From positions 2,656,001 through 2,720,000 of the forward strand of contig CAWKDB010000010.1 of the NCBI GenBank assembly GCA_963848295.1: a DNA stretch of 64,000 bases. Reading direction: 5' to 3'. Both the position numbers and the translations under genes were made by a program. This DNA is from an uncultured delta proteobacterium (GTDB taxonomy: Bacteria; Myxococcota_A; Polyangia; Haliangiales; Haliangiaceae). The notes under the pieces were generated by a model. It did no database searches and was not told the DNA's origin. It saw only the letters and a program-made list of their open reading frames with translations. Shown here one piece after another: positions 41,846 to 52,065 of this stretch. Positions within the stretch are counted from its first letter, which is position 1. Each line of letters starts with the position of its first letter.

Positions 41846-43249
41846 CTATGGCGCTTCCTTCGACAACAGGTTCATCAGCGCGACCGCGATCGGGAACGGC
41901 TTGTGATCGTCGATCGTGCCGCCTTCGTCGGCGTTGATCGCGAGGCCGACGAAGAACCACTTGCCATCGGCGCGCTTCAACAGCCAGTCGAGCGCGAGCA
42001 CGCCGGGCTCGGCGCCGCCTTTGAACCCGACGTAAGGGTACGCCGCGTTGTCGATCGGCAGGCCCTCACCTTTGTTCTTCGTCAGCACGTCGAGCACCGC
42101 CGCCGCTTTCGGGTTTTGCGCACGATCGCGCAGCGCCGCCATGACTCGGCACATGTCCTCGGTGCTCGCGAACCACTCGAGCTTGTCGATCGAGCGCGCG
42201 CTGTCCCAGTCCGTGCTGGTGTCGACCGCGGGTTTGCCGGCGAGCGTGCGATCGAGGAACGCGCGGCGTTTGTCGGTCGACAGCGCGAGGTACTTTGCCC
42301 GATCGGCGGCCTCGCCGAGCTTGAGGATGAACAGCTCGCGCGTGCCCATGAACGGGATGTTCAACGCCGGCTTGGCATGCTTGGCCTCGCGCAGCGTGGC
42401 TTCGACCGCCTTGCGCCCGACGGTATAGAGCAGATGATCGGTCGCCGTGTTGTCGCTGATCGAGATCATCCGATCGGCGAGCTCGCGCACGGTCAACTTC
42501 GTCCCCGCGTCGTCTTTCTGAGTCACGCCCGACGGCAAGCTCTTCCACTCGGCTCGTACAGGAATCGCGTCGTCCCACGCTTGCTTGCCGGCGATGATCC
42601 GATCGGCGAGCCCGAGCAGCACGTAGAGCTTGAACGCCGAGCCGATCGCGAGCTCGTCCGTCGCGGCGAGGGCGTGCAGCGGCTTGCACGCGCCTTTGGC
42701 GTCGATCTCGGCGACGAGCAGCTGGGCATGGGGGGCGAGCGCTTTGAGCTGCGCGATCGCGTCGTCGTACGACGCCGGCGGCGGCCCGGTGTTCTCCTCG
42801 ATGACGAGGCCGGCGATCTTGCCGGTCGCGGGATCGAGCGCGAGCTTGAAGTCGATCGGCCCGGCCGCGGTCTTCGCGTGCGCGATCATGCCTTCGGCGG
42901 GCTGATCGACACTATCGATCGCGATCGCGCCAAGCTGGGCGGCCATCGTCGGCAACAGCTCGATGACCTTGTCGGCGCTGACGTTCTGAAGAAACTGAGG
43001 CGAGAAGTGCGCGTTGACGTCGTCGAGCGAGAGCTTGCCGTCTGAATTCGCGATCCGGTCGATCACCCACGCGAGCTGATCGCCGGTCGGGTTGTGGGGC
43101 ACGCCCGGGAAGCTGGCCGCAGCCGGGGCGGCGGGCGGTGGCGGCGGCGGCGCGACGGTGACGCGAGGTGCCGCGATCGGCGCGACCGGCGGTTTCGCGG
43201 GCGAGCCACAGGCGGCGAGCGCCGCGGCGAGGACGACGAACGTGCGCAT
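41846..43249 (-). CDS. Class A beta-lactamase-like serine hydrolase lipoprotein (Cpe/LpqF-like)
   Basis: Lipobox ALAAC; GSAFK (SxxK), ISDN and FKGG motifs. Confidence 0.85.
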   Translation of the reverse strand: MRTFVVLAAALAACGSPAKPPVAPIAAPRVTVAPPPPPPAAPAAASFPGVPHNPTGDQLAWVIDRIANSDGKLSLDDVNAHFSPQFLQNVSADKVIELLPTMAAQLGAIAIDSVDQPAEGMIAHAKTAAGPIDFKLALDPATGKIAGLVIEENTGPPPASYDDAIAQLKALAPHAQLLVAEIDAKGACKPLHALAATDELAIGSAFKLYVLLGLADRIIAGKQAWDDAIPVRAEWKSLPSGVTQKDDAGTKLTVRELADRMISISDNTATDHLLYTVGRKAVEATLREAKHAKPALNIPFMGTRELFILKLGEAADRAKYLALSTDKRRAFLDRTLAGKPAVDTSTDWDSARSIDKLEWFASTEDMCRVMAALRDRAQNPKAAAVLDVLTKNKGEGLPIDNAAYPYVGFKGGAEPGVLALDWLLKRADGKWFFVGLAINADEGGTIDDHKPFPIAVALMNLLSKEAP

Positions 43250-43310
43250 CGCCACGGACCTTACTCCGGCGCCCCCGCGCGGTGCGACCGCCGTGCATAT
43301 ACTCGCCGCC

Positions 43311-45971
43311 ATGTTTCGGGTCGTAGTGGCGCTACTCGCGCTGTGCGCTGTCGCGCGCGCGGACGACGGCGTGCGTGGGCCCGATCCGGCGCCGCCGCCG
43401 AAGCCGGTCGGCGTGGTCACGAAGCCGCCGAAGCTGCTCCAGGCGGTCGCGCCCGAGTACCCGCCGGCCGCGCTCGCCGCCGGCAAGACCGCCAAGGTCA
43501 AAGTCCGCATCCATATAGACGCCGCGGGCACGGTCAGCTCGGTCGAGGTCGTCGACCATGTCGGCGATGGCTTCGACGAGGCCGCGGTCGCCGCCGCGAT
43601 GCAGTACGTGTTCGACCCCGCCGAGATCGACGGCAAGCCCGCCCCGATCACGGTCGAGACCACGATCAACTTCGTGATCGAGCAACGCGAGCAGCCCGAG
43701 CCGCCGCCGGTGCCGCCGCCGCCGGCCGAGCACGCCGGCCCGCCGAATCACGCCGGGCGCATGGCCGCGCCGGTGACCCTTAAGGGCTACGTCGTCGAGC
43801 GCGGCACGCGCAACAAGATCGCCGGCGTGATCGTCTCGATCAGCGAGCTCGGCGTCGATCTAGTCAGCGGCGACGACGGCTCGTTCTACTTCCACGGCAT
43901 CCCGCCGGGGCACTACAACGTGCTCGCGGTCGATCAGAAATACGATCGACTGTCGCGCCCGATCGTTCTCGCGAAGGGCGAGACGGTCGAGGTCCGGCTG
44001 TGGATGCGGCCGAAAGGCGGCAACCCGTACGAGACGGTCGTCGAGGGCGAGCGCGACACGCTCGAGGTCACGAAGCGCACGCTGCAGCGCCAGGAGCTGC
44101 AGAGCGTGCCCGGCACGTTCGAAGATCCGCTCCGCGTGATCCAGACACTGCCCGGCGTACAGCGCGCGCCGTTCGGCCTCGGCCTGTTGCTGATCCGCGG
44201 CTCGAACCCCGATGACACCGGGATCTTCCTCGATGGCCACGAAGTGCCGTCGCTGTTTCACTTCCTCGGCGGCCCGTCGATCTTCAACGCCGAGATGATC
44301 GACTCGCTCGATCTCTATCCCGGCGGCTTTCCGGCGCGGTTCGGCCGGTTCCACGGCGGCATCGTCGCGCTCGAATCGCGCGAGACCAAAGACGATGGCG
44401 TGCACGGCTCGGCGAAGGTCGACTTCATCGACGCCGGTGGCTACCTGCGCGCGCCGATCACGAAGGATCTGACGTTCGCCGTGTCGGGACGCCGGTCGTA
44501 CATCGATGCGTTCCTCGGCTTGTTCTTGCCGGCCGCGTCCGACGGCGAGACGCGGATCGTCACGCCGGTCTACTACGACTATCAGGCGAGGCTCGACTAC
44601 AACTTGCACGCCGACGGTCACCTGTCGCTGATGATGATCGGCTCGGGCGATTCGCTCCACGTGCTCGACCGCGATCCCGCCGCGCAGACGTCGACCGACC
44701 TCAACAGCTCGATCGACTTCTTCCGGATCATCGGCGCCTACAAGCGCCCGCTCGGGGGCGATCTCAAGCTGACGATCTCTCCGGCGTGGGGGCTCGACAC
44801 CGTGACCGCGACCGGCGCCGAGGCCGAAGCCTCGGGCCCGTTCACGAGCATCGCCGTCGTCAACAACTCGCTGTCGTATCGCATGCGGGTCAACGGCCGG
44901 ATCGACAAGTATTTCGTGATCGACACCGGCATCGACTTGCTGTCGCGCGTGACCAGCTACCAAGCACTGCTGCCGATCGGCGATAACCTCGTCAACGCGA
45001 ACGGCATCGACATTCCGCCGACCCAGATCTTTCGCGGCTCGCAAGAGCTCGGGCTCGGCACGTACATCGACCTCGGCATCGATCTGACGTCGCGGCTTCG
45101 ACTCGTCACGAGTCTGCGGCTCGACGGCTACGTGCTCGACGGTCAGTATCGCAACTCGATCGATCCGCGCCTCGTCGCGCGCTACAAGCTGTCGCCGACG
45201 CTGACGCTCAAAGCCTACGTCGGCCACTTCACCGAGCCGCCGCAGCCCGAGGCGCTCGATCGCAGGTTCGGCAACACCGGGGTCCAGCTCGAGCAAGCGA
45301 TCCACACCGGCGTCGGCTACGAATGGAAGCCCGACGCATACTGGTCGATCGACAGCGAGATCTACTACGTCCATCGCTACGACCTCGTCGTGTTCACCGA
45401 TGCGGCGAACCTCAACCCCGACGGCACTGTCACGTACGTCAACTTCGACAACACCGGCGTGGAGAATTCATACGGGCTCGAAGCGATCATCAAGCGCCAG
45501 CTCAGCGCGCACTTCTACGGCTGGCTGTCGTACACGTTTTCCAAGTCGCGCCAGCGGCTCGTTCCGGCCGACGCGTGGGAGCCGACCGCGTTCGACGAAC
45601 CGCACGTGCTCAACGCGGTCGCGAGTTGGAAGCCGGGCAAAGGCTACGAGTTCGGCGCGCGCTATCAGCTCGCGAGTGGCCGGCCCGATACGCCGATCAT
45701 CGGCGCGACCTACAACGCCGACACCGGCTCGTACGATCCGGTGCGCGGGCCCGCGCGCTCGATCCGGCTACCGACGTTCAGTCAGCTCGACGTGCGCGCC
45801 GAAAAGGACTGGCTCTATCAGAACTGGAGCTTCGGCGTGTACCTCGACATCATCAACGTGATCAATCAGCAGAACGTCGAGGCGATCCAGTACGACTATC
45901 GCTATCGCCAGTCGGCGCCGATCACGAGCTTCCCGATCCTCCCGACCATTGGAATCAAAGGCACATGGTGA
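43311..45971 (+). CDS. TonB-dependent receptor with N-terminal TonB-C and carboxypeptidase-regulatory-like domains
   Basis: PEYP..A...VKVRIHIDAAG.V..FDEAAV..FDPA (TonB-C); VPGTFEDPLRVIQTLPGV and LLIRG (plug); C-terminal aromatic residue (KGTW). Confidence 0.9.
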   Translation: MFRVVVALLALCAVARADDGVRGPDPAPPPKPVGVVTKPPKLLQAVAPEYPPAALAAGKTAKVKVRIHIDAAGTVSSVEVVDHVGDGFDEAAVAAAMQYVFDPAEIDGKPAPITVETTINFVIEQREQPEPPPVPPPPAEHAGPPNHAGRMAAPVTLKGYVVERGTRNKIAGVIVSISELGVDLVSGDDGSFYFHGIPPGHYNVLAVDQKYDRLSRPIVLAKGETVEVRLWMRPKGGNPYETVVEGERDTLEVTKRTLQRQELQSVPGTFEDPLRVIQTLPGVQRAPFGLGLLLIRGSNPDDTGIFLDGHEVPSLFHFLGGPSIFNAEMIDSLDLYPGGFPARFGRFHGGIVALESRETKDDGVHGSAKVDFIDAGGYLRAPITKDLTFAVSGRRSYIDAFLGLFLPAASDGETRIVTPVYYDYQARLDYNLHADGHLSLMMIGSGDSLHVLDRDPAAQTSTDLNSSIDFFRIIGAYKRPLGGDLKLTISPAWGLDTVTATGAEAEASGPFTSIAVVNNSLSYRMRVNGRIDKYFVIDTGIDLLSRVTSYQALLPIGDNLVNANGIDIPPTQIFRGSQELGLGTYIDLGIDLTSRLRLVTSLRLDGYVLDGQYRNSIDPRLVARYKLSPTLTLKAYVGHFTEPPQPEALDRRFGNTGVQLEQAIHTGVGYEWKPDAYWSIDSEIYYVHRYDLVVFTDAANLNPDGTVTYVNFDNTGVENSYGLEAIIKRQLSAHFYGWLSYTFSKSRQRLVPADAWEPTAFDEPHVLNAVASWKPGKGYEFGARYQLASGRPDTPIIGATYNADTGSYDPVRGPARSIRLPTFSQLDVRAEKDWLYQNWSFGVYLDIINVINQQNVEAIQYDYRYRQSAPITSFPILPTIGIKGTW

Positions 45972-47095
45972 AGCTGACGATCCAACCGCCCCGCCATTCG
46001 GCAGCGCTGCTGACCAGGCACAGGTCCCGGTCAGCGGTCATCGCGGCGCTCGCGCTGTCGGCGTGCACCAAGTTCGAAGATCCCGACATCGTCGTCGATC
46101 TGCGCGTGATCGCGATGGAGGCGACGCTGCCCGAGCAGGTGATCGACGTCGATCTGGCGAACCCTCCGCCCGCCGATGAGCTGCTCGCCCAGGTGCTGCC
46201 GACCCGCGTGTGCGCGCTCGTCGCCGATCCGAGCTTTTATCGCGATCTGCGCTGGTCGATGACGCTGTGCCCGCCGGGCGAGGACGACCGTTGCGACGAC
46301 CCGTCGTATGTGATCGGCAGCGGCGTGATCACCGATCCCGACGGTACGTTCTATCCCGGCACCGATCTCCCAGTTCCCGAGCCGCAGATGTGCGCCGAGG
46401 TCCCCGCCGACAGCAGCTTGCTCAACGTCGTGCTCGCGACGTTGAACGGCGACTCGCTCAAGGGCTTCCAGGGCCTCGACTACGAGGTCCTGCTCGAGGT
46501 CGGTGGCGTCGGCGCGGATCCGAGCCTCGATCAGTACGCAGTCAAGACGTTGCAGCTCGCCGCGCGCGTGCCGTCGAATCGCACCGCGAACAACAACCCA
46601 TACCTCGATACGAGCTTTTCGCCGGGCGACTCCGGCAGCCAAGGGCTGGTCGCGATCGTCGACGGCGCCGACTTCCCGCTGCCGCTCGGCCGCTGCATCG
46701 ATGACTGCACCTTCCCGGGCAGTTGCTTCTTCCCGACGAACCCACGGCCCGGCGCCGCGTTTGAAGTGGCCCCCGGCGAGCAGGTCGAGCTGACTCCGAA
46801 CGAGCCCGACGGTGTGCACGAGCAGTATTTCCTGCCGACCACCGACGGGGGCGCGGAGATGTTCACCGAGAGCCTGACGTACGATTGGACCGCTTCGGGC
46901 GGCAAGTTCTCGACCGGCTCGACCGGCGGACCGCGCGACCTCGCCGGCAACCCCGCACCGCTCGCGACGACGTGGACCGCGCCGAGCGCGGACGATGTGC
47001 CCAACGGCGCCGACATCGCGGTGTGGGTCGTGCAGCGCGACGAGCGCTACGGCGTGCAGTGGTACGAGTCCTGTTTCCGTGTCAGTGCGCCGTGA
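45965..47095 (+). CDS. Lipoprotein coupled to the TonB-dependent receptor
   Basis: Start overlaps the receptor stop; lipobox LALSAC; DLRVIAM and VVQRDERYG motifs. Confidence 0.78.
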   Translation: MVKLTIQPPRHSAALLTRHRSRSAVIAALALSACTKFEDPDIVVDLRVIAMEATLPEQVIDVDLANPPPADELLAQVLPTRVCALVADPSFYRDLRWSMTLCPPGEDDRCDDPSYVIGSGVITDPDGTFYPGTDLPVPEPQMCAEVPADSSLLNVVLATLNGDSLKGFQGLDYEVLLEVGGVGADPSLDQYAVKTLQLAARVPSNRTANNNPYLDTSFSPGDSGSQGLVAIVDGADFPLPLGRCIDDCTFPGSCFFPTNPRPGAAFEVAPGEQVELTPNEPDGVHEQYFLPTTDGGAEMFTESLTYDWTASGGKFSTGSTGGPRDLAGNPAPLATTWTAPSADDVPNGADIAVWVVQRDERYGVQWYESCFRVSAP

Positions 47096-47141
47096 CCTCG
47101 CCGCGCTGGATCCGCCGCTCGCGCAGTGGCATACGCACGAG

Positions 47142-47669
47142 ATGCGTGGCCTCGTCGTCGTCGCGGTAGCTGCCGGGTGCTGGACCGATTCGTCGTCGCC
47201 GCCCGCCGCGACGCCTGCGCCAGTCAGTCTTGGGTCGGTGCACGGATCCCTCGGGCCCGCGGAGGCGCCGCCAGCGCCGGCACCTGGCGCTCCGACGTTC
47301 GACATGACCGGCCTCGCCATCGGCGGCGCACCGGCTCCAGCGCCGACGCACCCGCCAACCGTACAGGTCGGCGCTCCGGCCGGACCTGCCGCAATCCCGC
47401 CGGAGGTGATCCGCCGCGTCGTGCACGAACATCTCCGCGAGCTCAGCGCTTGTTACGAGCACGCGCTCGAGACCGACCCGAAGCTCGCGGGCGCGGTCCG
47501 GGTGCGGTTCACGATCGGGCCGGATGGTCGCGTCGTGCAGAGCCACGGCAAAGGCCTGCAAGCGAACGTCGACGACTGCATAGCGACCGTGATCTCGACG
47601 GTGCGGTTCCCACTGCCGGCGAACGGCGGGTCGGTCGTCGTCGAGTACCCGTTCGACTTGTCGCCGTAG
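47142..47669 (+). CDS. Lipoprotein with an AgmX/PglI-type TonB-C-like domain
   Basis: IRRVV..CYE.AL..DPKLAG.V.VRFTIGPDGRV..CIA..RFP..VEYPF. Confidence 0.82.
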   Translation: MRGLVVVAVAAGCWTDSSSPPAATPAPVSLGSVHGSLGPAEAPPAPAPGAPTFDMTGLAIGGAPAPAPTHPPTVQVGAPAGPAAIPPEVIRRVVHEHLRELSACYEHALETDPKLAGAVRVRFTIGPDGRVVQSHGKGLQANVDDCIATVISTVRFPLPANGGSVVVEYPFDLSP

Positions 47670-47673
47670 CAGG

Positions 47674-48015
47674 TCAATCGATCGTGAAGTCGAGCGAGTT
47701 CGACGTCCGCCCCATCGCGCTGACGCTGACGCTGACGTCGCCCGGCGCGCTCTGCGGGACCTCGACCATGATCTCGACGTCGCTCCACGTTGTCGGCGTC
47801 GCCGGGGTCTGATCGAACTCGACCGTGCCGGTGCTGTCGCAGGTCGGATCGTCTTGGCCGGTCTCCGGCCGCTGGCAGAAGTAGTCGCCATCGATCGAGA
47901 CCACCGCACCCGGCGGCGCGTGATCCGGCGTGACGCTCGACGCGAGCGGCGCAGGCACGTCGTCGTTGAGCGAGCAGCCCCCGCAGACGAGCAAGACTAG
48001 ATACAGGCGTCGCAT
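47674..48015 (-). CDS. IPT/TIG-domain lipoprotein
   Basis: Lipobox VCGGC; VTPDHAPPGAVVSIDG, WSDVEIMVEVP and SNSLDF. Confidence 0.8.
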   Translation of the reverse strand: MRRLYLVLLVCGGCSLNDDVPAPLASSVTPDHAPPGAVVSIDGDYFCQRPETGQDDPTCDSTGTVEFDQTPATPTTWSDVEIMVEVPQSAPGDVSVSVSAMGRTSNSLDFTID

Positions 48016-48440
48016 AGGCCACGCACGTGGACCTCGACCTGACGCTGCTTGACCGCTCGCGGAGGGCGCTTGCGCTCGGCGCGGGGAGTGCGGCGCACCG
48101 CGAGCTCGATCTCGGGCAAGCACGCGACCGTGCCGCACTCGGTGCACACGAAATGCGGATGCGCCGATTCATCGTGGGCCGACAAGGCCTCGAACCGCCA
48201 CACGTGATCTCCCACGTCGGTGCGGCGAACGAGCCCGGCTTCGGCCAGGTCGGTGAGGTTGCGATAGATGGTCGCCCGATCCCACGCTTGGCCAGCGAGC
48301 CGATCGGCGACATCGCCGTGCGACATCGCCGAATCGCTCGAGCGCAACAACTCGAGCACGGCAAGCCGCGACGGAGTCGCCCGCAGCCCGGAGGCTCGCA
48401 CTACAGTTCGCATGTCATCGAGCTCGGCTCGGCTCGCCAT
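47997..48440 (-). CDS. Fur-family metalloregulator
   Basis: GLRATPSRLAVL, DRATIYRNL, HPHFVCTECG and GLCDAC. Confidence 0.92.
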   Translation of the reverse strand: MASRAELDDMRTVVRASGLRATPSRLAVLELLRSSDSAMSHGDVADRLAGQAWDRATIYRNLTDLAEAGLVRRTDVGDHVWRFEALSAHDESAHPHFVCTECGTVACLPEIELAVRRTPRAERKRPPRAVKQRQVEVHVRGLCDACI

Positions 48441-48481
48441 CGATCACGACTCTACGCTGCTCTTACCCGGCGTGCAAGCAC

Positions 48482-48498
48482 TTGCAAATCAGTTGCGA
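48482..48498. promoter_or_regulatory. Candidate Fur-family operator
   Basis: AT-rich imperfect palindrome TTGCAA-ATCAG-TTGCGA about 40 nt upstream of the fur-like start. Confidence 0.35.
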
Positions 48499-49139
48499 TA
48501 ATCAGGATTCGCCTCGATGTGGAAGTGATCCTTGTGCGAGATCGGGTCGTTCTGTGGCGTGAGCACGCCGCGAAACCCCGGGGTCGTATCGATCGTGCGC
48601 TCGATCGCGTGGAGTAGCTCGTCGCCGGCCTGGTAGTCCTTCGCGACCACCGCTTCGCGGCCGGTGTCGTCGACGAACGACACGACGTCCATCGCGAGCC
48701 CGAGCGCGTGACGCGACAAGATGTCTTTGGTCTTGCCGCCGACTCGGACCTTGCTCCACCGATAGATGCTGCCGAACCGGACCTCGCGCACCCCGAGGCC
48801 GTACAGCGCCTGACCGACCTGCGCGAGCCCGAGCGCGAGCTGGCAATCCATCACCGGCGCGTGCTTGTCATAGAGCGCGGTGTACTTGATCCCACCGAGC
48901 GTGAAGTCCGCCAGCGTGATCGGAGCGACGACGTGGCCCTGGGGCCTCGCGGCTCGCCAGCCGATACCGAGCTCGTCGAGCCTGGCTTCGCAGGTCTTGC
49001 CCGCGGTGACCATCGTCTGTGACGGTGGCCACGTGAACCCGGCGGGCATGTTGTTCGCTCGCGGCACGTGGCGCGCGGGCTTCGCGTCGGCGGCGCCGAA
49101 GCCACCCGCGACCAGCGCGATCACGACCCAGCGCGTCAT
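48489..49139 (-). CDS. Extensin-like C-terminal domain protein (peptidase M15-like)
   Basis: LSRHALGLAMDV, VLTP...HKDHFHIE; signal peptide. Confidence 0.82.
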   Translation of the reverse strand: MTRWVVIALVAGGFGAADAKPARHVPRANNMPAGFTWPPSQTMVTAGKTCEARLDELGIGWRAARPQGHVVAPITLADFTLGGIKYTALYDKHAPVMDCQLALGLAQVGQALYGLGVREVRFGSIYRWSKVRVGGKTKDILSRHALGLAMDVVSFVDDTGREAVVAKDYQAGDELLHAIERTIDTTPGFRGVLTPQNDPISHKDHFHIEANPDYRN

Positions 49140-49167
49140 GCTGCGGACGATAGATCGAAACCCGTGT

Positions 49168-51033
49168 TCAGGGCGGTGAGGTTGGCCCGGGGTCGGACTT
49201 CGCGATCGGGAGTTGACTCGATGACGTCTCGGGCGGCCGACCGAGACGGGCGGCATGCACGATCGCCATGCTGAGCGCGGTCTCGACATCCGGGGCATAC
49301 GCGACCTTGCCCGGATCGCGATGGATGCCGGCACGCGCGAGGATCTCGCTGACCTCGAGCGTGAGGCCCGAGAAGATGACCTTGACGTTCGACCGATGCA
49401 GACGATCGAGCACCGACTCGAGCGCGACGAGCCCGGTCGCGTCCATCGTCGGCACGTGGCGCATCTCGAGGATGTAGGTGTGGTCTTGGTCGCCGGCGAT
49501 ATGCAGCGCCTCCATCGCGCTCTTCGCCGCGCCGAAAAACAGCGGTCCGGCGATCTCGTAGACGCGCACGCCGGGGGGCACGGGCAGGTTCAGATGGCTC
49601 GGGGTCTCGAGCTCGGCTTTGGTCAGCACCGACATCCGTCGCATGAACAGCAACGCGGCGAGCACGACCCCGACCGTGACCGCGATCACCATGTCGAACG
49701 CGACGGTGAGGCCGAAGCAGGTCAGCATCACGAGCACGTCGTGGCGCGGCGCGATCCGCAACAGCCGTACGAAGTGCCGGGCCTCCGACATGTTGCGCGC
49801 GACGATGATCAGCAGGCCGGCGAGCCCGGCCATCGGCAGATAGCCGACGAGCGGCGCGAGCGCGATCGTGCATGCAAGCACGAAGATCGAGTGCATCGCG
49901 GCCGACAGCGGCGAGCGAGCGCCGGCGCGGATGTTCGTCGCGGTGCGGGCGAGCGCACCCGTCGCGGGAATCGCGCCGAAGAATGGACACAAGATATTGC
50001 CGATGCCGAGCGAGATCAGCTCGGCGTTCGGATCGTGGCGCGTGCCGCTCATACCGTCGGACACGACCGCCGCCATCAGCGATTCGATCGCGCCGAGCAT
50101 CGCGATCGCGAACGCCGACGGCAGGAGCTCGCGAATCGTCGCGTAGCTCAGCGTGAACGACGGGTAGCCCGGATCGACGAAGTGCCAGGGCAAGCCGGGC
50201 TGCGGCGGCAGCGGTGGAATGCCATGACCGTGCTGACCACCGCCGAGGTCGTAGCTGAACGACGACCCGATCGTGCTCGCGTGAAAGTGCCAATCGGCGG
50301 GCAGCACGTCGTTCGCGATCACGACGAGCACCGAGACGACGGCCAACGCGATCAGCGGCGCAGGCACGCGCTTGATCCATTTCGGCAGGGCGAGCAACAA
50401 CGCGACGGTCAGCGCCGCGACTCCGACATCACCGGGGTTGATGTTGGCCTTCGCGTCCCATAGCGCGCCGACGTATTCGAACGTCGTGTGGGTCGACGGC
50501 AACGTGACGCCGAACGCGTACTTGAGCTGGAGCACGGCGATGACGACGGCGATGCCCATCGTGAAACCGGTCGTCACGGGATGCGGGACGAACTCCATCA
50601 GCTTGCCGAGCCGGGCGAGGCCCATGACGAGCAGGATCACGCCTGCCATCAAGCCAGCGCATAACAGGCCGCCCAAGCCGAACTTCTGCACGATCGGCAG
50701 CAGCACGACCACGAACGCGGCGGTCGGCCCGGTGACCTGAAACCGCGTGCCGCCGAGCATCGAGCACGTGACCCCAGCGATGATCGCGGTGTACAGCCCG
50801 TGCTCCGGTCGCAAACCACAAGCGATCGCGAGCGCCATCGACAGCGGCAACGCGACGATGCCGACGACGATGGCGGCGAGCACGTCGGCCCGGAAGTCGC
50901 GTACGGTGTAGCCCTCGCGCAGCCGGCTGCGCAGGCCGTAACCGATCAGGTCCTTCGCGCGATACGCGAGCGAGACCTGCCGCTGCACTGCGTCCGACAG
51001 CTCGTCGACGTATCGCAGCGCACGCCGAATCAC
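49168..51033 (-). CDS. SulP/SLC26 anion or dicarboxylate transporter with STAS domain (DauA-like)
   Basis: VALPLSMALAIA, GLYTAI, GPTAAF, GAIESL, TGALARTATN and GPLFFGAA. Confidence 0.93.
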   Translation of the reverse strand: MIRRALRYVDELSDAVQRQVSLAYRAKDLIGYGLRSRLREGYTVRDFRADVLAAIVVGIVALPLSMALAIACGLRPEHGLYTAIIAGVTCSMLGGTRFQVTGPTAAFVVVLLPIVQKFGLGGLLCAGLMAGVILLVMGLARLGKLMEFVPHPVTTGFTMGIAVVIAVLQLKYAFGVTLPSTHTTFEYVGALWDAKANINPGDVGVAALTVALLLALPKWIKRVPAPLIALAVVSVLVVIANDVLPADWHFHASTIGSSFSYDLGGGQHGHGIPPLPPQPGLPWHFVDPGYPSFTLSYATIRELLPSAFAIAMLGAIESLMAAVVSDGMSGTRHDPNAELISLGIGNILCPFFGAIPATGALARTATNIRAGARSPLSAAMHSIFVLACTIALAPLVGYLPMAGLAGLLIIVARNMSEARHFVRLLRIAPRHDVLVMLTCFGLTVAFDMVIAVTVGVVLAALLFMRRMSVLTKAELETPSHLNLPVPPGVRVYEIAGPLFFGAAKSAMEALHIAGDQDHTYILEMRHVPTMDATGLVALESVLDRLHRSNVKVIFSGLTLEVSEILARAGIHRDPGKVAYAPDVETALSMAIVHAARLGRPPETSSSQLPIAKSDPGPTSPP

Positions 51034-51059
51034 CGCCGTAGTATGTCACAACCAACACC

Positions 51060-51475
<416 letters not shown>

Positions 51476-51476
<1 letters not shown>

Positions 51477-51563
51477 GGACGGTGTTCACTTTGACAACCG
51501 GCCGCGCAGGTATCGATCACGATCGTAGGCACTTAGCTGGGGACGGTGTTCACTTTGACAACC
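51476..51563 (+). repeat. Variant REP-like doublet
   Basis: GGGACGGTGTTCACTTTGACAACC occurs twice (51476-51499 and 51540-51563). Confidence 0.85.
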
Positions 51564-51615
51564 AGCCGCCGCTGCGTCACGTGACTGTCAGACCCGGTGC
51601 GTAGGGTTCGGGCGC

Positions 51616-51984
51616 ATGGTCGTGCTGTCGAACCACCGCGTCGGCCCGAGCTCGGAGCTCATGGTGTCGGTCGAAGTCGCCTCGGAGATGCTCGCGGCGA
51701 TCGCGACGGCGGCGAAGCCGCTCGCGGCGTCGAGGTGGGAAGCCGAGCTGGTGCGCTGGCTCGAGCAGCGCGCGTCGAGGGTCGGAGGGGCGTTCGATGT
51801 CGGCGAGATCGCCTGGACGCCCGAGCACTTCGAGCTGCAGCGCGAGTTCCTGATCCGGGCGGCGATGGTCGCGGCGCACGGCAGCCAGCACGCGTCGGCG
51901 CTGCGCCGGTGGACGAAGTTGGTCGAAGCCCTGCCACGCGAGGCGGTCCAGGTGGGCCGGCGGTGGGACTGGGCCGAGATCTGA
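51616..51984 (+). CDS. Hypothetical protein
   Basis: 122-aa ORF with plausible composition; TAGGGT 8 nt upstream of the ATG. Confidence 0.65.
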   Translation: MVVLSNHRVGPSSELMVSVEVASEMLAAIATAAKPLAASRWEAELVRWLEQRASRVGGAFDVGEIAWTPEHFELQREFLIRAAMVAAHGSQHASALRRWTKLVEALPREAVQVGRRWDWAEI

Positions 51985-52065
51985 CCGAAATTACTTACGA
52001 AAATCGCTAACTCTGCACGTACGCGGGCGCTGCCGACCACGGCTCAGACACGCTAGAGTCTCGCC

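Noticed and set aside
41846..43249. Bona fide antibiotic-resistance beta-lactamases (also 61371-62444)
   Set aside because: Only the generic SxxK serine-hydrolase motifs are visible, so resistance activity cannot be supported.
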